From: a virus
Lineage: Duplodnaviria; Caudoviricetes
Direction: 5' to 3' (one strand)
IMG/VR virus record: IMGVR_UViG_3300048886_000193
Location: 1 to 39,820 of that record
Length of the DNA stretch: 39,820 nucleotides
Under the pieces are notes generated by a model that had not been told where the DNA came from, did no database searches, and saw only the letters and a list, made by a program, of their open reading frames with translations. This document shows, in pieces, positions 7,217 through 16,879 of this stretch. Position 1 is the stretch's first letter. The number at the start of each line of letters is the position of its first letter. The position numbers were made by a program, and so were the translations under genes.

Positions 7217-10200
7217 CTACCTGACAGGCTCTCGTAAGTAGTCTTGGATACTCTCACCACGGGCGCGTAGCTTCATGTAAATGTCGTTGGCTACGTCCTG
7301 AGTGATTATCTTTTTACTAGCGAGGTCTGTCAGGTAGACCTTTACTTGTGCCGGAGACCTACCTTGCATCTCTCTAATAATTACATTAGACCTCACGCTG
7401 ACAGGCGAATTCTTCAATCTCATCTCATCCGGCTCAAGACCCAACGCCTGTTCACGCAACCTTCGTATAATCAAATCATTCAGCAGCTTACTGGCATTGT
7501 TCTTGGGCGGCTGTATGTGCCTCACCTTATCCTGCAAGGACATCCCCTCTGTCATTTCCATGAACTCATCCACAGCCCTTCGCCTTATCAATCTCTCGGC
7601 AGCTTCCTGAGGCTGTTCATCATTCAGTATCTTATCCAAGTCCGTCTCTTCCAAGAATGTACTTCTGGCTAGTCTGGAGATAAGGCGGGTGGATGCTATT
7701 GCCCTTCCCATGCCACCTTCACCGACATCCTTGGGCGGAAGGAACTGCGTTATACCACCAGCCGTTAAGGTCTCGACAAGGTGCTTAATCCGCAGCGGGT
7801 CTAGTGCTGTTGTTGCGTTATGCAGCATCTTGTAGATGTCCGGAGTGGTGGCAAAGTATCTGTGTTCAGCGGGAGCCTTCTCGTAGGACGGCGGAACGAT
7901 TGGTTTGTGGCGGTAGAAGTTCCTGTTGGCAAGTATCTCCGGCAGCACCTTAGCGGCTGGGTTCATGCTGGACATTATGCTTTCCGCAGCCATCATCCCT
8001 TCCCCTTCAAGAACTCCCTCGACATTAACGGGCATAGTTGACTCGACCCAATAGCTGACCATCTCACCAACTGCATCTGGGTCTTTCTCGTACAGCCAGT
8101 CCAGCCCCTTCTCCAGTGTGTAAGAGAATAGACCAATGGATTCCCTGCGAGGTATGCGTATATAGTCTGCAACCATCTTGCCCTCTATGTAGGGATGCTT
8201 AAACTTCTCTCCCAGAGGTATATGGATGTAATGCTTCTTGTCCCTCTCGCTCAGTTCATCGTAGTCCTCCTCGCGATCCTTGTCCCTGCGATTCATAGAC
8301 CAAGCCATCATGGTAGGCAGGGCAGCGAAGGATGAAAGTTTCAGTGCCGTGGTGAGGGCTAGTTTCCTGTCCTGACCGTCCTTGCCGAACATCTTGAACA
8401 GTCTAGTCATGTCCCTCTCTACGCCCTGAACTCTGGCATTGAAGAACATAAAGAGGACATTAAGTGCCTCGTGCTCCGTGATTTTACCCTTCCGTATGAA
8501 GTCAGGTGAGCCAGCGTAGTTCCGAATCTCCACCGCAATGGCGTCCATCTTCTCTTCCAGCTCCTTCTGCAATGCAATCTTCTTGGGGCCAGCTTTGGCC
8601 TTGTCAACCTTATCAGCCAGCTCATCTATACCCTCAAATATCTTCATGCGTTGCAGCCCCACCATCTTGGCAGTTTGCTCCAGAACTTTTCCCGGTTGTG
8701 AGAGCTTTGCCGTGACCCATACCAGTGGATTTCTACGGCTCCCGCTATGTGCTGACAATGGGTCTTTAACTCCCGACACCTTCCCGAAGTATTCAGCTAT
8801 GGTTGATCCGGCTGCACCACTGTTAATAAATTCCTCATACAAGTCCTCGTACACTCCCGAACCAGTCTCTTTCTTTACCAGATTCCTGATTGAGTTGGGT
8901 GTAATGTTGGCCCACATGGACGCGGCAAAGGCTTTCCAGTATTGATGAGCCAGAACGATGGGGCCGAAGCCTTTATTCCTAGCCCTTAGCCCTGACTTGG
9001 ATGTGGTCAACAGGCGTATAGGATCAAGCAGGAAGAAGTTGCCAAGCTGGAAGAAGAAGTTGATTCCGGTAGCACCAAGCTTGAATATGTCTCCCAGTTG
9101 CTTGGCCACATTATAGGTATGCGACATACTGACAGGCTCGAAGTTGTTGAGAAGTTTGGCCACCTCCTTATCCAGCACGAGATACTTCACTTCACCGTTA
9201 TCATACATCTTGACCTTATCCCACCCCTTAGCTAAGGCAATTCTGTCAGCATCTTCAGGTGTGTCGGCCTTGAGGATAAAGTTTCCGTCCGGATCGAAGT
9301 CCATCCTGAAGTCGTCCAGCTTCCTCATGTAGACGTTACGGTCAGCCCTGAGTTGGTTGTAGTATAGCTTGAACCGTCCGGCATCCATCGGCGGTAGAAT
9401 CTTGAATGACTCAGCCTTGACTCCCTCGATGAACGCACCGAATGTATCCTCAGGGTTACGCTCAAAGTATTTAAGGACATAGAAGGGAACGTAGTAATCA
9501 GTGGAGGATTGAATCCTGTTGTATGTCTGAGGTGATATTACTCCGGCTTCGAGCTGGTCAAACAGGGAGGCTTGCATATGCTCGTTGTACTTCTCAGTTG
9601 CCTCTATGATCTTACCCTCAAACAGTATTCCATTGTGGGAGTCCCTTAGGGGTTTACCTGCGTCATCCACACCCTTCCATCGTAGCATCTCAGGATCATT
9701 TACCTCGTCCTTCAGCTCGTTCATTGCATCCATAGCGGCCTCTATGTGGGTGACATTCTCAAACCCTGCAACTTTCTTTGACTTAACAAGAAGGGACACA
9801 AGCTCTATCCTCTCCTCCTCCGTAAGCCCACCATCCTTCCTAGTGTCATCCATCTTATCCAGCAACTCTCGCAGTCTCTTTACATTGGTTGACTTGGCGT
9901 CACTGATTAAGCGATCCTTCGTCCTGAGTATTACGGATGCAGTGTTGAAGGTTTCCATTATCTCACTGCTCTGGCCGATGATTGACGTTATGTCGTCCTC
10001 CAGCTTCTGAGTCCTACGGTCAGCCTTCACCGTGCTGCCAGCCTGTAGCTCATTCATCTCACCTAGAGACAGCCTTGTCTTGCCAGCGATGTTGTTGACC
10101 TTGAATACCATCCTCTGAAACACATCTAGGAGGGCAGACTTGCTTACAAAATTCTCCTTGAACTTCTCATACAGTGTCATCCCAGCCCTTACTTCGCCCT

Positions 10201-13200
10201 TATTTCTCTCAGGTGCGCGGTGGGACTCCTTGAATGTGTCCAAGTTTACGAGTGGGTCTTTATCACTGACATCCAGTCTGGTATCACCCTCAGGTCTCTG
10301 TGCTAGTGCGAGATCAGATTCAGGGTAGGTGATCTCAAATAGATTGCCAGCATTGCGCGATAATTTTTTCTTCCATAGATTCTCTCTAGCTTGGCGTCCG
10401 GCTGGAACCGTATGCGGCATTTCTCTAAAACTAGGGGTTCCCTCCCCCCTCATCAGGTAAGTCCCAGCAGGTAGGGAGTCATAAAAGGCTCTGGTGAGTT
10501 TGCTAACTTCAGTATCAGGGCGGTGGGCCTCTGCTGGAAGTTCCATTATCTTCTGAGCGTCATCCATTACCTGCTCAAGAATTGTCATTTCCTTTTCGTT
10601 AAGGTTTAGTATGTCTGCCACCAACTTAAGGAGTGCCTCCCATACGCTTTGCTCTCCATATGGCAGCATCTTTGCCTCCTCATTAGGCAGTGGTCTAAGG
10701 GAGCTTACCAATGTGGAATCAAGTATCTCTCTGAATTCAGGATTGGAGAATGCCTCGGCAATGAATTCGTCAATGCTCGTTAGCCCATACCCCAATCCCG
10801 CAGGGTCAGCATTCACAAGACTCTCTGTAAGGTACACAAGTCCCGACGGTTGCTGCTCCGGAGGGCGATCCCTGATGCTGTTTATGACGGCCCTCCTAAG
10901 GTATTCGATGTTTGCTACCGCTTGCTCTGCTGTGGTTAGTTTGGTTTTCTTCGCCATGCGTACAAACAGCTCGTTCATACTGAGATCATCGCTCCGCTCA
11001 TGTGCCCAGAATGCTGGTGAGTCGGTTTTAACTTTGTCGATGGCGCGGGCCGTAGTTCCATGAGCTATTTCGTGAAGGTATATAGAGGCGTCCGTTGATG
11101 CCTGATGGCGAGATGTGATGTGAATGAAATCATCCGAAAGTCTGTAGAAGCCAAGGTGTTTCTTTCTCCTACTATCGTCTGACTTCCTGTGACGTATGGG
11201 GATAGGACTTTTGCTGTCCAGTCTAGTGCTCCTAAGCAGTTTCTTGGCCAACGCCACCACTTCCTCAGAACCTTTATCTATGATGATCTCCAATGCTTCG
11301 CGGGAATTTTTGGCTTTTTCAAGTTCAGGAATGTGCCCCAGCATACCTCTTCTTTCCGGCCCCATGATGTCTTCCCTCAACCCGTCAAACCAATCAGACC
11401 GCTCCTCATCAGTCATAACCGAGCCGTCAATGTTAACCCGCGTAGTCTCATCAAACTCAAAGACCTCGCTCGGCTTCATCAGGATGTTCTCAGTGTATTC
11501 AAGTACGTCTGGCATCTGCCTTATGGTTATCTTCTTAGTGCCGCGCTTCCCTCTGTAAGTCACATGGGTCAGGTCATATCCACCCCTAGTCTTCTCGTCT
11601 ATTGCCCAAGCGTTGAACGTCAGAATCTCTTCCAGCAGTGAACCGTCAGCAGCCTTGAGTCCGATAGCCCTTCTAATAGCCTCATATATTTCAGCAAGCA
11701 ATCCCGTCCAGCCTGATGTTACCTGCTTACCCTTGGTTCCCTTGATGCTGTTCAGGAATGATCTGGCCTCGTCGTTGAACATGGAGTGGGCCATGAACTC
11801 GTGATTGTTTGACAGGAAGTACGGGTCGATAAACTTGAAGGCGTCACCCCGTTTTCTGAATGCCCTCAATGCCCTGTTCCTTATGCGAGTAACCTCATCG
11901 TTGAACCTAGTATCGCGCACTAGCTTATCCGATGTAAGAGCGTGAAGATGTTCCTCAAGCAAGACCTTAAATGCCAAGAAGTTGTTCCCGCCCATTGCCG
12001 TTGGGTCAACTATGATCTGGTTATTAACATAGTCGTAGAACCCTCTCGGTGCTAACCTTGGGCCATCCTCGGATAACTGGGCTAGGAAAACCTGAGTGTC
12101 TGTTCTGTCGGATAGCTCCATTAAGGGGCGGAACCTATCTGCCCATCTCTTCTCTGAGGGGTTAAGGTCTGAGTAAAGCCTGTCGAATGCCTCGTAGAGA
12201 CCCATGTTGCCCTGCTTGTGGGACATCAACGGCTCTGTAAGGTCTGTGAGTTGAGTCTCCTGCTCAGGTGCTTGGGCAAATACTCCTGCTTGTTGTGCCG
12301 CTTCAGCAAATTCCTCCCTAGTCGAGAAGCCTTCCCTGTTCATCGTTAGGGTTTCATTGAAAGCAGATATTGTGTCGCGCATCAACTTTGAAGTAAACTT
12401 CTTACTGCCAACGAACTCCTTCTGCATCTTGTAGACGCCGCCCTTTTCTTCATTTGAGCTGTAAGTCCATCCGTCTACATCTGGGTTGAGTGGGAACTGC
12501 TTGCCCTCGCTTACCTCTGCATATAACTTGCGGATTTCCTGTATTGTCTCCCTCATCCTGAAGTTACGCAACTCACCGCTCTGAGCAGCAGCCATAGTGT
12601 CCAGCTTGAGTTGAAGCTTGCTTACAGTTTTTTCGTGTACCTTTTTCTTCGCCGTTAAAATACTGATTAGCTCCTTGAGGTTAGCTCTCTCCACTACAGG
12701 CTCCTCAAGTGCTGATAACTGCTTAATCAATCCTGCAACATCCCTGTCTGCGGCATCCTTCTCATCCGCATCCATTGCTCCCTGCCTCCTCTTTCTGGCC
12801 TCCCACAACTTTTCATTAACCTCTCTGTGAAGTTTTACACTCTCCGGCTTTGGCCTTGTTCTTCCCGTAGGCAACTCAACAACCTGATCTACGTCCTTGG
12901 GGAATACCCCTTCAGCTATCAGCATCTCCTTGTGGGCTTCGAGAAGGGAACTGTGGATGATCTTTGTCTTCGCGGTCATCGGCTCCACCCCAGCCTCGAC
13001 ATCCAATCTGGCTTCCCCTGCAAGAGCCTCAGGTGTAAAAAGTTTTGAAGCCTCTATTTGTGAGTGGGTCGCCTCAATGCGGGATATGATCTGGCTGTAC
13101 TTAGTGCCGTTTATCCTGTCAAGCTTCTTGGTTATCTTCTCTATCTGCTTCTTTGTCTTCCTTAGAGTGTTCCTCCACTGAGGTTCGTATTTCCTTTTAA

Positions 13201-16200
13201 TCGTTCCCGCCTCAAGAGCATGAGACCATTCAGGTATGATTATGTCAGTTATTATCCGCCTAGTTAGCTCGCTCTTCGTGCCCACCATCTCAGGGGTAAC
13301 GTCCACGTTCTCAGTGCCTATCATCCTTGTGTAAAGTGCCCTAGTGAATCGTTCTATAAATTTCCTTACCTTTACTTTGAGGTCTTCCCTCTCCGCAATG
13401 GATGATGGTGTATCACGGGATGAGTCAATGGCTTGGGCGTAAAGATTATCAACCGCTTCAGACACAACATCTAGGGTCTCCTTGTTAATGACCTCAACCG
13501 CATCATCAATCTGAACATCGGTCATGGCCATTTCCCCCGGCTCAGATGTCTCTACGCTGTGCCTGAACCTCCACCCACCGCCTCTCAGCTTCGACTTTAT
13601 GGAGGGGTCTTTCTGTGACTCAAGTATTTCCGACTCCTTCTGCGAACGGCGCATAATGTCGTAGAACTTATTCCTTAGGATAGCTTTTCCGGCAAACTTA
13701 CCTACTACCGATACAAAGTCCGGCCCTGATGGGTCTCTACCGTGCTCCCTGTGAAGATCAGCTTTCTTTCTTGCTTCATTCAGGGTGTGCAGAAACGCCT
13801 CCCATGCCGTATCAAGTGCCTTAGTCCCGCCAGCAGGGTGGCTCCCTATAAATGCAGCACCCAGTTTCGCAGCAATGCGCCTCCACGATTCAATGGGGCT
13901 GACTACTTCCTTGCGCTCCTTGGCTTGGTTGTAGACATCAACACCTTCTGGGTCTGCAAACATCCCGTAGTCATCCATTGAAAGCTCATCGGTCAGGGTA
14001 TTGTCAAAGAGAGGGTGCTGGTAGTCAATGGGTGCTCCCTCAATCCCGACTTCTTCCCTCAAGTCAGCTATTGCCTCATCAAGTTCCCCTATCTTATCCT
14101 GTAAAATCTTTGTATCCTTAGCCTCGGAACCCTTCACCCTCTTAGTGACAAGCTCCTTCCTTCTTGCTTCCAGTTTAGCCCTCTGAGCCTCAAGTTTTCT
14201 AAGGACTGCGGATGGCCCCTGCTCGGCAACTTCAACTGTGCTAATCTCCTCCGGTATGCCACTGAATATAGGCCCAGAGACAGGCTTGACACCAGCGGCC
14301 TTGTCCTTCTGAGCTGCCAGTAATTCCATTAACGCACTATCTGCCACCTCAACATCACTAAAATCAACTCCAGTCAGCTTCTCCAGCTCTTTGGTTATTA
14401 CTTTTCTCTGCTCCTTGGTGAGTGCCTCCTTGGCCATCCGGTCACCTTCGGGGTCTATACCAGTCTTTCCTTTCCTCCAGTCCAGATGCTTGGGAACTTC
14501 AGCCGCTTTGCCTTTAGCTTCTCCGACAACATCAAATTCCGGCTCCACCATCGCGCCAGTCTTCCACTCCTCAAGGGTCTTTGGCTCTTTAGGTTTAAAT
14601 CTGTCGGGGTCTGCATCCCTGATTACTTTCTGTTCAGCCTCACTCTTGGAGTCCCATGCTGCTTCAATCTTGGCGTTAACCCTGTCCACGCTCTCTAGGT
14701 AGGTTGCGTACAGTTCCTCTTCAGACTTAGGTTCCACGAATAGATCGCCCTGCAATGGAGACTCCGGCCTCTTGGCAAATGCTTCTCCACCCTCTTCGAC
14801 TGTCCCAGCACGACGCCGCTCAACCGATCTAAGGGTAACGGCGAACGCATTGATGAGTCTGGTTTCCTTTGCGGATAGATCAAGATTGTTGACCACATCC
14901 ATGAGTGACTCAGAGCCGCTTTTCCCACCATCGTGTGCGGCAAACTCCTCCTCGGCAACACCAAGTATCTCCTCTATCTTGTTGGCGGTTATGTTTTCCT
15001 TCAGTCCCTCGGTGTTCAGATACCGTAAATTATCCATTCCCTGAATAGTTCCGAACCACTCATCATCAATCCCTATGCCCTTGAGAACATTGACAGCATT
15101 CTGAGCCTCTCCCGCACCAGCCTTCTTCTCTCCCATTTCCTCCAGTTGTGCATCGGTGAGCAATTCGCCAGCCAGTGTGGGTGCTTTTGCCCTGTCCAGC
15201 GGCCTGATTACATTGCCCTCATCTGTAAGCCTTGCAGTTTCCTCAGGAGTAATTCCCTCTATGACCCTAACACCGCCGTCGCCTAAGGGCTTACCAAGCA
15301 TCTCCGTCTTAGCCCCCTCTTCGGTTTCTTTGCTTAGGTAGGTGTTTATCCTGTAGTCATTCTCGCCAACTATATGCAAGCCTCCAGCCTGTCTCTCACC
15401 CTTCTGTGTTCCCCTCTGTGCTAGACCTTCTGCGGTGGGGGCTTCGGGGCTGAGTGCTTCTTCATTGGCCCTGTTTATAGCCTTGAGTATAGACGCCTTA
15501 TCCTTGTCCGGCTTGCTTGCCCCCTCCTCGTTCTGAGGCCGCTTGCCAGTGTCGTTCATCGACTTGTAAAATTCATCTATCCGCCGCTTGTACTCTTCGC
15601 CCTGTTCCGGAGTGAGTCTCTTTTCAGCTACCTGTTGATCGACATCCATCTTCTGACCATCGGCTGGAACCTTATTCTTGAATCCTACTTCTATGCGGTC
15701 ATTGAGTGCCTTGGCGTGATCCGGAGACATATCCCTAGTAAGGTGAGCGGCTGTCATCTCGAACGGAGCCATACCCAACTCAGCAATGCCCTCAAGGAAT
15801 ACACCCTTCCAGTCATCTATCTTGCCATCCGCTAAAAGCTGTCCTGTAGCATCTCCACCCATGCCCATAGTCGCCTGAAATCCAAATGGGACAACCATAG
15901 GAGCGGCCTTCGCGGAACCCAGCAATCCCTGTTTAGCAGCCTGATTCAGCAGACCCGTCGCGGGTAGTCTCCTCGCCATTGTCCCAGCACCAGCAGCTAT
16001 TTTCGTGGCCGTAGTTGCAGCACGACCAGCCAAGCCAACAGATAGAGCATCAAAGACGCCAACAGGCAGACCATACTTGACAGCACTAGAGCGAGCTTTC
16101 TTAATTGTTTTAGGATCGTTGATGGCCTCATAAAGACGGTTAGGACTGCCCATCACTTCCGGCCCAACAGTGTTCTCCAAGACCTCGATGAACTTACCAG

Positions 16201-16879
16201 CGGCACTTAGGTTGTAGGAAGTCTTGCCCATTCCGGCAGCACCGCCCCATAGAGCACCACCACCTGCTGTGACACCTGCCAATGGGCCTCCGACAGCACC
16301 GAGAGCAGCACCAGTTCCAGCACCAGCAGCAGCACCTCCAGTAATCTTAGCCCAGCCATGATGCAGCAGTCCGGCCATTGACTCTACCGTGACCTCACCG
16401 ATGATCGCAGGAGTTTCCTTTATGCCCCAGAATTCACTCCAACTTTCCCTGAACCCGTTAGCTGACTGAAACTCCTTGAAGTGGTCGGATGTCTCAAGCT
16501 CCTGCATCTCCTTCCTGATACGGGCTATCTCAGCTACATCATCTCTCCCAAATTCAGTCTCAGGAGTTAGGGTGTCCATGACGATTTTGGCCATCTTGGA
16601 CTGTAGGACGCCGCGTCTTATCGGGTCTTTGAGGTATGTGCTCCCAAACGATCTTTCAGTAGCAGCCTTTTCCTGTACCGCCCTTACGGTGTGCCTGTCT
16701 ACGGGAGCCTTTGACCTGTCAACCTCAATCTCAGCCTCCCTCTTGTGCTTGGCAAGCTCTGGAAATCGGGCTTCGTAGGATGGGTAAGCTGCTAGAATAC
16801 CAAGAGCAACCTCCCTGTCAGTCCTTCCTTCTGTCTGATCGGGGAACTTCTTACGCCACTCATCTATAATATATTCCAT
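7217..16879 (-). CDS. Giant polyvalent virion/ejection protein (3220 aa) with two zincin-like domains and a C-terminal LPD38-like domain
   Basis: Gly/Ala hydrophobic N-terminal block; EEHLH...HEFMAH and HEIAH...DEFIAEAFSNPEF; C-terminal YIRIPR...NPAAK..EILANRNFY..PIV; last gene of the virion operon. Confidence 0.8.
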   Translation of the reverse strand: MEYIIDEWRKKFPDQTEGRTDREVALGILAAYPSYEARFPELAKHKREAEIEVDRSKAPVDRHTVRAVQEKAATERSFGSTYLKDPIRRGVLQSKMAKIVMDTLTPETEFGRDDVAEIARIRKEMQELETSDHFKEFQSANGFRESWSEFWGIKETPAIIGEVTVESMAGLLHHGWAKITGGAAAGAGTGAALGAVGGPLAGVTAGGGALWGGAAGMGKTSYNLSAAGKFIEVLENTVGPEVMGSPNRLYEAINDPKTIKKARSSAVKYGLPVGVFDALSVGLAGRAATTATKIAAGAGTMARRLPATGLLNQAAKQGLLGSAKAAPMVVPFGFQATMGMGGDATGQLLADGKIDDWKGVFLEGIAELGMAPFEMTAAHLTRDMSPDHAKALNDRIEVGFKNKVPADGQKMDVDQQVAEKRLTPEQGEEYKRRIDEFYKSMNDTGKRPQNEEGASKPDKDKASILKAINRANEEALSPEAPTAEGLAQRGTQKGERQAGGLHIVGENDYRINTYLSKETEEGAKTEMLGKPLGDGGVRVIEGITPEETARLTDEGNVIRPLDRAKAPTLAGELLTDAQLEEMGEKKAGAGEAQNAVNVLKGIGIDDEWFGTIQGMDNLRYLNTEGLKENITANKIEEILGVAEEEFAAHDGGKSGSESLMDVVNNLDLSAKETRLINAFAVTLRSVERRRAGTVEEGGEAFAKRPESPLQGDLFVEPKSEEELYATYLESVDRVNAKIEAAWDSKSEAEQKVIRDADPDRFKPKEPKTLEEWKTGAMVEPEFDVVGEAKGKAAEVPKHLDWRKGKTGIDPEGDRMAKEALTKEQRKVITKELEKLTGVDFSDVEVADSALMELLAAQKDKAAGVKPVSGPIFSGIPEEISTVEVAEQGPSAVLRKLEAQRAKLEARRKELVTKRVKGSEAKDTKILQDKIGELDEAIADLREEVGIEGAPIDYQHPLFDNTLTDELSMDDYGMFADPEGVDVYNQAKERKEVVSPIESWRRIAAKLGAAFIGSHPAGGTKALDTAWEAFLHTLNEARKKADLHREHGRDPSGPDFVSVVGKFAGKAILRNKFYDIMRRSQKESEILESQKDPSIKSKLRGGGWRFRHSVETSEPGEMAMTDVQIDDAVEVINKETLDVVSEAVDNLYAQAIDSSRDTPSSIAEREDLKVKVRKFIERFTRALYTRMIGTENVDVTPEMVGTKSELTRRIITDIIIPEWSHALEAGTIKRKYEPQWRNTLRKTKKQIEKITKKLDRINGTKYSQIISRIEATHSQIEASKLFTPEALAGEARLDVEAGVEPMTAKTKIIHSSLLEAHKEMLIAEGVFPKDVDQVVELPTGRTRPKPESVKLHREVNEKLWEARKRRQGAMDADEKDAADRDVAGLIKQLSALEEPVVERANLKELISILTAKKKVHEKTVSKLQLKLDTMAAAQSGELRNFRMRETIQEIRKLYAEVSEGKQFPLNPDVDGWTYSSNEEKGGVYKMQKEFVGSKKFTSKLMRDTISAFNETLTMNREGFSTREEFAEAAQQAGVFAQAPEQETQLTDLTEPLMSHKQGNMGLYEAFDRLYSDLNPSEKRWADRFRPLMELSDRTDTQVFLAQLSEDGPRLAPRGFYDYVNNQIIVDPTAMGGNNFLAFKVLLEEHLHALTSDKLVRDTRFNDEVTRIRNRALRAFRKRGDAFKFIDPYFLSNNHEFMAHSMFNDEARSFLNSIKGTKGKQVTSGWTGLLAEIYEAIRRAIGLKAADGSLLEEILTFNAWAIDEKTRGGYDLTHVTYRGKRGTKKITIRQMPDVLEYTENILMKPSEVFEFDETTRVNIDGSVMTDEERSDWFDGLREDIMGPERRGMLGHIPELEKAKNSREALEIIIDKGSEEVVALAKKLLRSTRLDSKSPIPIRHRKSDDSRRKKHLGFYRLSDDFIHITSRHQASTDASIYLHEIAHGTTARAIDKVKTDSPAFWAHERSDDLSMNELFVRMAKKTKLTTAEQAVANIEYLRRAVINSIRDRPPEQQPSGLVYLTESLVNADPAGLGYGLTSIDEFIAEAFSNPEFREILDSTLVSSLRPLPNEEAKMLPYGEQSVWEALLKLVADILNLNEKEMTILEQVMDDAQKIMELPAEAHRPDTEVSKLTRAFYDSLPAGTYLMRGEGTPSFREMPHTVPAGRQARENLWKKKLSRNAGNLFEITYPESDLALAQRPEGDTRLDVSDKDPLVNLDTFKESHRAPERNKGEVRAGMTLYEKFKENFVSKSALLDVFQRMVFKVNNIAGKTRLSLGEMNELQAGSTVKADRRTQKLEDDITSIIGQSSEIMETFNTASVILRTKDRLISDAKSTNVKRLRELLDKMDDTRKDGGLTEEERIELVSLLVKSKKVAGFENVTHIEAAMDAMNELKDEVNDPEMLRWKGVDDAGKPLRDSHNGILFEGKIIEATEKYNEHMQASLFDQLEAGVISPQTYNRIQSSTDYYVPFYVLKYFERNPEDTFGAFIEGVKAESFKILPPMDAGRFKLYYNQLRADRNVYMRKLDDFRMDFDPDGNFILKADTPEDADRIALAKGWDKVKMYDNGEVKYLVLDKEVAKLLNNFEPVSMSHTYNVAKQLGDIFKLGATGINFFFQLGNFFLLDPIRLLTTSKSGLRARNKGFGPIVLAHQYWKAFAASMWANITPNSIRNLVKKETGSGVYEDLYEEFINSGAAGSTIAEYFGKVSGVKDPLSAHSGSRRNPLVWVTAKLSQPGKVLEQTAKMVGLQRMKIFEGIDELADKVDKAKAGPKKIALQKELEEKMDAIAVEIRNYAGSPDFIRKGKITEHEALNVLFMFFNARVQGVERDMTRLFKMFGKDGQDRKLALTTALKLSSFAALPTMMAWSMNRRDKDREEDYDELSERDKKHYIHIPLGEKFKHPYIEGKMVADYIRIPRRESIGLFSYTLEKGLDWLYEKDPDAVGEMVSYWVESTMPVNVEGVLEGEGMMAAESIMSSMNPAAKVLPEILANRNFYRHKPIVPPSYEKAPAEHRYFATTPDIYKMLHNATTALDPLRIKHLVETLTAGGITQFLPPKDVGEGGMGRAIASTRLISRLARSTFLEETDLDKILNDEQPQEAAERLIRRRAVDEFMEMTEGMSLQDKVRHIQPPKNNASKLLNDLIIRRLREQALGLEPDEMRLKNSPVSVRSNVIIREMQGRSPAQVKVYLTDLASKKIITQDVANDIYMKLRARGESIQDYLREPVR

